Source: Corallococcus sp. AB032C (lineage in GTDB: Bacteria; Myxococcota; Myxococcia; Myxococcales; Myxococcaceae). From it: a DNA stretch of 17,554 nucleotides. Where the stretch lies: assembly GCF_003668935.1 (NCBI RefSeq), contig NZ_RAWP01000027.1:1-17554 (forward strand), written 5' to 3'. The translations under genes and the position numbers were made by a program. Under the pieces are notes generated by a model. That model was not told the origin of the DNA. It searched no databases and worked only from the letters and a program-made list of their open reading frames with translations. How positions within the stretch are numbered: position 1 is the stretch's first letter; each line of letters opens with the position of its first letter. This document shows, in pieces, positions 14,911 to 17,554 of the stretch.

Positions 14911-17079
14911 GTGAGTGACACTCCGGGCTGGGACGACGTGATGCGGGAGTTCCTCCTCGAGTCCCGCGAGCACGTGCAGAGCATCGAGGCGACGGTGCTG
15001 GAGCTGGAGGCGCAGCCGGGCTCGCAGCCGCTGCTGGCGCAGCTGTTCCGGGCCCTGCACACCGTGAAGGGCACCTGCGGCTTCCTGGGCTTCAGCCGCC
15101 TGGAAGCGCTGATGCACGCCGCCGAGGAGATGCTCGGCCTGGCGCGCGACCGGCGCCTGGTGCTGGACCGCGAGCGCGTGTCCACGCTGCTGGCGCTGGC
15201 GGACGCGGCGCGCGGGACGCTGGAGCACATCGAGGCGACGGGGCTGGAGCCCGTGGCGGACCACGCCGCGCTGCTCGCTCGAATGGCGGGCGCGGCGGCG
15301 GGCTCCGCGCCGCTGGAGGTATCCGAGCCCCTGACGCCTCCGGGCGCCGTGCCCTGGCGCGGCGCCGCGACCGGGGTGGACTCCAAGCTGCGCGTGGACG
15401 TGGCGCTGCTGGACCGGCTGATGAACCTGATGGGCGAGCTGGTGCTGGCGCGCAACCGCATCCTCCAATGCGCGGCCTCGCCCACGCCGGGCGCGGACCT
15501 GCTCACCGCGTCGCAGCGGTTGGACGTCGTCACCACGCAGGTGCAGCAGGTGGTGATGAAGACGCGGCTCCAGCCGGTGGGCCAGGTGTGGAACCGCTTC
15601 CCCCGGCTGGTGCGTGAGCTGGCGCACGGATGCGGCAAGCAGGTGCGTCTGCAATTGCAGGGCGCGGACACGGAGCTGGACAAGACGCTGGTGGAGGCAC
15701 TGCATGATCCGCTCACCCACCTCTTGCGCAACGCCGTGGACCACGGCGTGGAGACGCCCGAGCAGCGCCTCGCCACGGGCAAGCCGCCCGTGGGGTGCCT
15801 GACGCTGAGCGCGTCGCATGAGGGCGGGCTCGTGCACCTGGGCATGTCCGACGACGGCGCGGGCATCGACGTGCAGCGCGTGCGGCAGGTCGCTGTTCAG
15901 CGAGGCCTGCTCACGGCTGATCAGGCGGCGCGGATGCCGGACGCGGACGCGATGATGCTCATCTTCATGCCGGGCTTCAGCACCGCGGAGCACGTCACGT
16001 CGCTGTCCGGCCGGGGCGTGGGCATGGACGTGGTGCGCTCGCAGGTGGAGCGCATTGGCGGCACCGTGGAGGTGCACAGCCGGCCCGGCCAGGGCACGAC
16101 GTTCACCCTGAAGATTCCCCTCACGCTGGCCATCATCCCGGCGCTGCTCGTCACCTGCCGGGGGGACCGCTACGCGCTGCCGCAGGCCTCCCTGCGGGAG
16201 GTGGTGTTCCTGGAGCCGGACCAGGCGCGCAGGGACATCACCCGCATCCAGGGCGCGTGCGTCCTGCGGCTGCGCGGGGAATTGCTGCCGCTGGTGGTGC
16301 TCGCCGCCGAGCTGGGCGTGGGGCCGGCGATGCCGGACCTGGACGAGGGCGCAACCGTCGTCGTGCTGCAGGCCGGTGAGCGCACCTTCGGGTTGTGGGT
16401 GGACGCCATCCACGACACGGAAGAGATCGTCGTCAAGCCGCTCTGGAAGCACCTGAAGGGGCTGGCCTGCTACGCGGGCGCGACGGTGCTGGGCGACGGG
16501 CGCGTGGCGCTCATCCTGGACGCCATGGGCCTGGGCCGCCGCGCGGGCTTGGTCACCGAGGCGCAGGCCCAGGTCGTCATTCCGGAGGCCGCCGCGGAAG
16601 CACCGGCGCCGGAGGAGCCGCGCGAGCGCGTGCTGCTGTGCCGCAATGGCGCTGAGGGCCGCGTGGCCATTCCGCTGTCGCGCGTGGCCCGGCTGGAGGA
16701 GCTGCCCGCATCGGACATCGAGCGGCTGAGCGGAGGCATGGAGATGGCGCGCTACCACGGGCAGTTGCTGCCGCTGGTGCGCGTGGCGTCCGTGCTGGAG
16801 GCGAGGCCCGGCGCGACGGAGCGGATGGCGCAGCACATTCAGGTCGCCCTGGGCGAGTCGCTGTCCGTCGTCGTCACCCAGCACGCGGACACGCGCGTGG
16901 GGCTGGTGGTGGACGCCATCCTCGACGTCGCGGAGGTGGAGCTCGCGCTCCAGTGGGAGACGCGCCGCCCGGGCGTGCTGGGCTCCATGGTGGTGCAGGC
17001 CCGGGCCACCGAGTTCCTGGACGTGGAGGGCACCGTGCGCGCCGTGCACCCGGAGCTGCTGACAGGCGGTGCGCCATGA
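14911..17079 (+). CDS. cheA: CheA-type chemosensory histidine kinase with unusual domain order: P1(Hpt)-P3-P4(HATPase)-CheW-like-CheW-like, and no recognisable P2
   Basis: The Hpt domain carries the phospho-His motif (LFRALHTVKGTCGFLGF). The dimerisation helix (KLRVDVALLDRLMNLMGELVLARNRI) follows only ~35 aa after P1. The HATPase region shows HLLRNAVDHG and GRGVGMDVVRSQVERIGGTVEVHSRPGQGTTFTLKIP. Two successive CheW-like domains follow (~aa 400-550 and ~590-730). The start is ambiguous between GTG 14881 (track), GTG 14911 (AAGGGG 10 nt upstream; chosen here) and ATG 14941, all in the same frame. Confidence 0.85.
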   Translation: MSDTPGWDDVMREFLLESREHVQSIEATVLELEAQPGSQPLLAQLFRALHTVKGTCGFLGFSRLEALMHAAEEMLGLARDRRLVLDRERVSTLLALADAARGTLEHIEATGLEPVADHAALLARMAGAAAGSAPLEVSEPLTPPGAVPWRGAATGVDSKLRVDVALLDRLMNLMGELVLARNRILQCAASPTPGADLLTASQRLDVVTTQVQQVVMKTRLQPVGQVWNRFPRLVRELAHGCGKQVRLQLQGADTELDKTLVEALHDPLTHLLRNAVDHGVETPEQRLATGKPPVGCLTLSASHEGGLVHLGMSDDGAGIDVQRVRQVAVQRGLLTADQAARMPDADAMMLIFMPGFSTAEHVTSLSGRGVGMDVVRSQVERIGGTVEVHSRPGQGTTFTLKIPLTLAIIPALLVTCRGDRYALPQASLREVVFLEPDQARRDITRIQGACVLRLRGELLPLVVLAAELGVGPAMPDLDEGATVVVLQAGERTFGLWVDAIHDTEEIVVKPLWKHLKGLACYAGATVLGDGRVALILDAMGLGRRAGLVTEAQAQVVIPEAAAEAPAPEEPRERVLLCRNGAEGRVAIPLSRVARLEELPASDIERLSGGMEMARYHGQLLPLVRVASVLEARPGATERMAQHIQVALGESLSVVVTQHADTRVGLVVDAILDVAEVELALQWETRRPGVLGSMVVQARATEFLDVEGTVRAVHPELLTGGAP

Positions 17080-17554
17080 GCGCCTTCCGTCAGCTGTGCT
17101 CGTTCCAGGTGGGCGACCACCTGTTCGGTCTGGACATCGAACGCGTGCAGGAAATCCTCCTGCCGCCCCCGCTCACGCGCGTCCCCGGCGCGCCTCCGGA
17201 AGTGGCGGGGCTGCTCAACCTGCGCGGGCAGATCGTCCCCGCCATCGACCTGCGCCGCCGTCTGGAATTGCCCGAAGGCACCGCCCCCGCGGACGCGCCC
17301 CACGTCGTCCTGCGCGGCGACGAAGGCGCGGTGAGCCTTCGCGTGGATGCCATTGGCGACATCCTCCCCTTCGAGCAGTCGGACCTGGCGCCGCTGCCGG
17401 ACAACCTGCGCGGGCCGCTGCGCCCGTTCCTGCTGGGTGTCCACGCGCTGCCGGACCGGCTGCTGCTCGTGTTGTCCGCGGACGCGGTGGTGGACGGGCT
17501 CTCGCCCAAGTCCAGCGCCTCCGCCGCCCCATCCTTCCCCGTGCTTCCCCAGGA
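17076..17554 (+). CDS. cheW: CheW-like coupling protein (partial; 3' end beyond the window)
   Basis: The translation MSAFRQLCSFQVGDHLFGLDIERVQEILLPPPLTRVPGAPPEVAGLLNLRGQIVPAIDLRRRL... is a typical CheW fold. The ATG overlaps the CheA TGA stop (ATGA). The frame is open to the window end, so the ORF is absent from the track. Confidence 0.8.
   Translation, partial: MSAFRQLCSFQVGDHLFGLDIERVQEILLPPPLTRVPGAPPEVAGLLNLRGQIVPAIDLRRRLELPEGTAPADAPHVVLRGDEGAVSLRVDAIGDILPFEQSDLAPLPDNLRGPLRPFLLGVHALPDRLLLVLSADAVVDGLSPKSSASAAPSFPVLPQ

Noticed and set aside
14491-17049. 852-aa minus-strand ORF antisense to cheA
   Set aside because: The plus strand encodes an unmistakable CheA (HTVKG Hpt, HATPase G-boxes, CheW domains). 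The antisense translation is His/Arg/Gly-rich with no domains.
1-17554. Mobile elements, CRISPR arrays and tRNA/rRNA genes
   Set aside because: I saw no arrays of short direct repeats, no terminal inverted repeats flanking a transposase-like ORF, no integrase/transposase motifs and no cloverleaf-like or rRNA-like conserved stretches. Without search tools, tRNA absence cannot be fully excluded, but the intergenic space is too small for much.

Overview
High-GC (~70%) window with myxobacterial-type codon usage (Myxococcus/Corallococcus-like), densely coding on both strands. I could identify no rRNA, tRNA, CRISPR array or mobile element from the sequence itself.

Gene order, left to right:
- A three-gene minus-strand operon: two MaoC/hotdog hydratase subunits joined by an ATGA overlap, then a DapB-like NAD(P) oxidoreductase.
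- An orphan response regulator with an HD-GYP c-di-GMP phosphodiesterase domain.
- A convergent secreted (signal-peptide or lipo-) protein that fuses HEAT repeats to a cyclophilin peptidyl-prolyl isomerase.
- A plus-strand module: zinc-ribbon/Pro-Ala-rich/4-TM membrane protein, then a MoxR AAA+ ATPase, then a DUF58 protein.
- A RapA/HepA-like SNF2 ATPase.
- A convergent minus-strand operon: DUF72 protein, a small membrane coiled-coil ORF, then an Smr-domain protein.
- An AT-rich intergenic island carrying a perfect palindrome.
- A chemosensory-type cluster: PAS-LuxR regulator, a CheA with no P2 domain and two tandem CheW-like domains, then a partial CheW joined by an ATGA overlap.

Many long ORFs in the six-frame track are antisense or alternate-frame artefacts of GC richness. 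The clearest case is the 1065-aa minus ORF. The real gene there is 3382..5478; the rest is read-through antisense to a low-complexity Pro/Ala/Arg-rich coding stretch.

Observations most worth a second look:
- The zinc-ribbon domain upstream of the MoxR-DUF58 pair has no canonical in-frame start codon.
- The HEAT-cyclophilin fusion is an uncommon architecture.
- The RapA-like SNF2 protein lacks the RapA N-terminal domains and sits tail-to-tail with an Smr/DUF72 nucleic-acid-processing operon.
- The CCAATCAC-N8-GTGATTGG palindrome is a candidate operator.
- The CheA domain layout is atypical.
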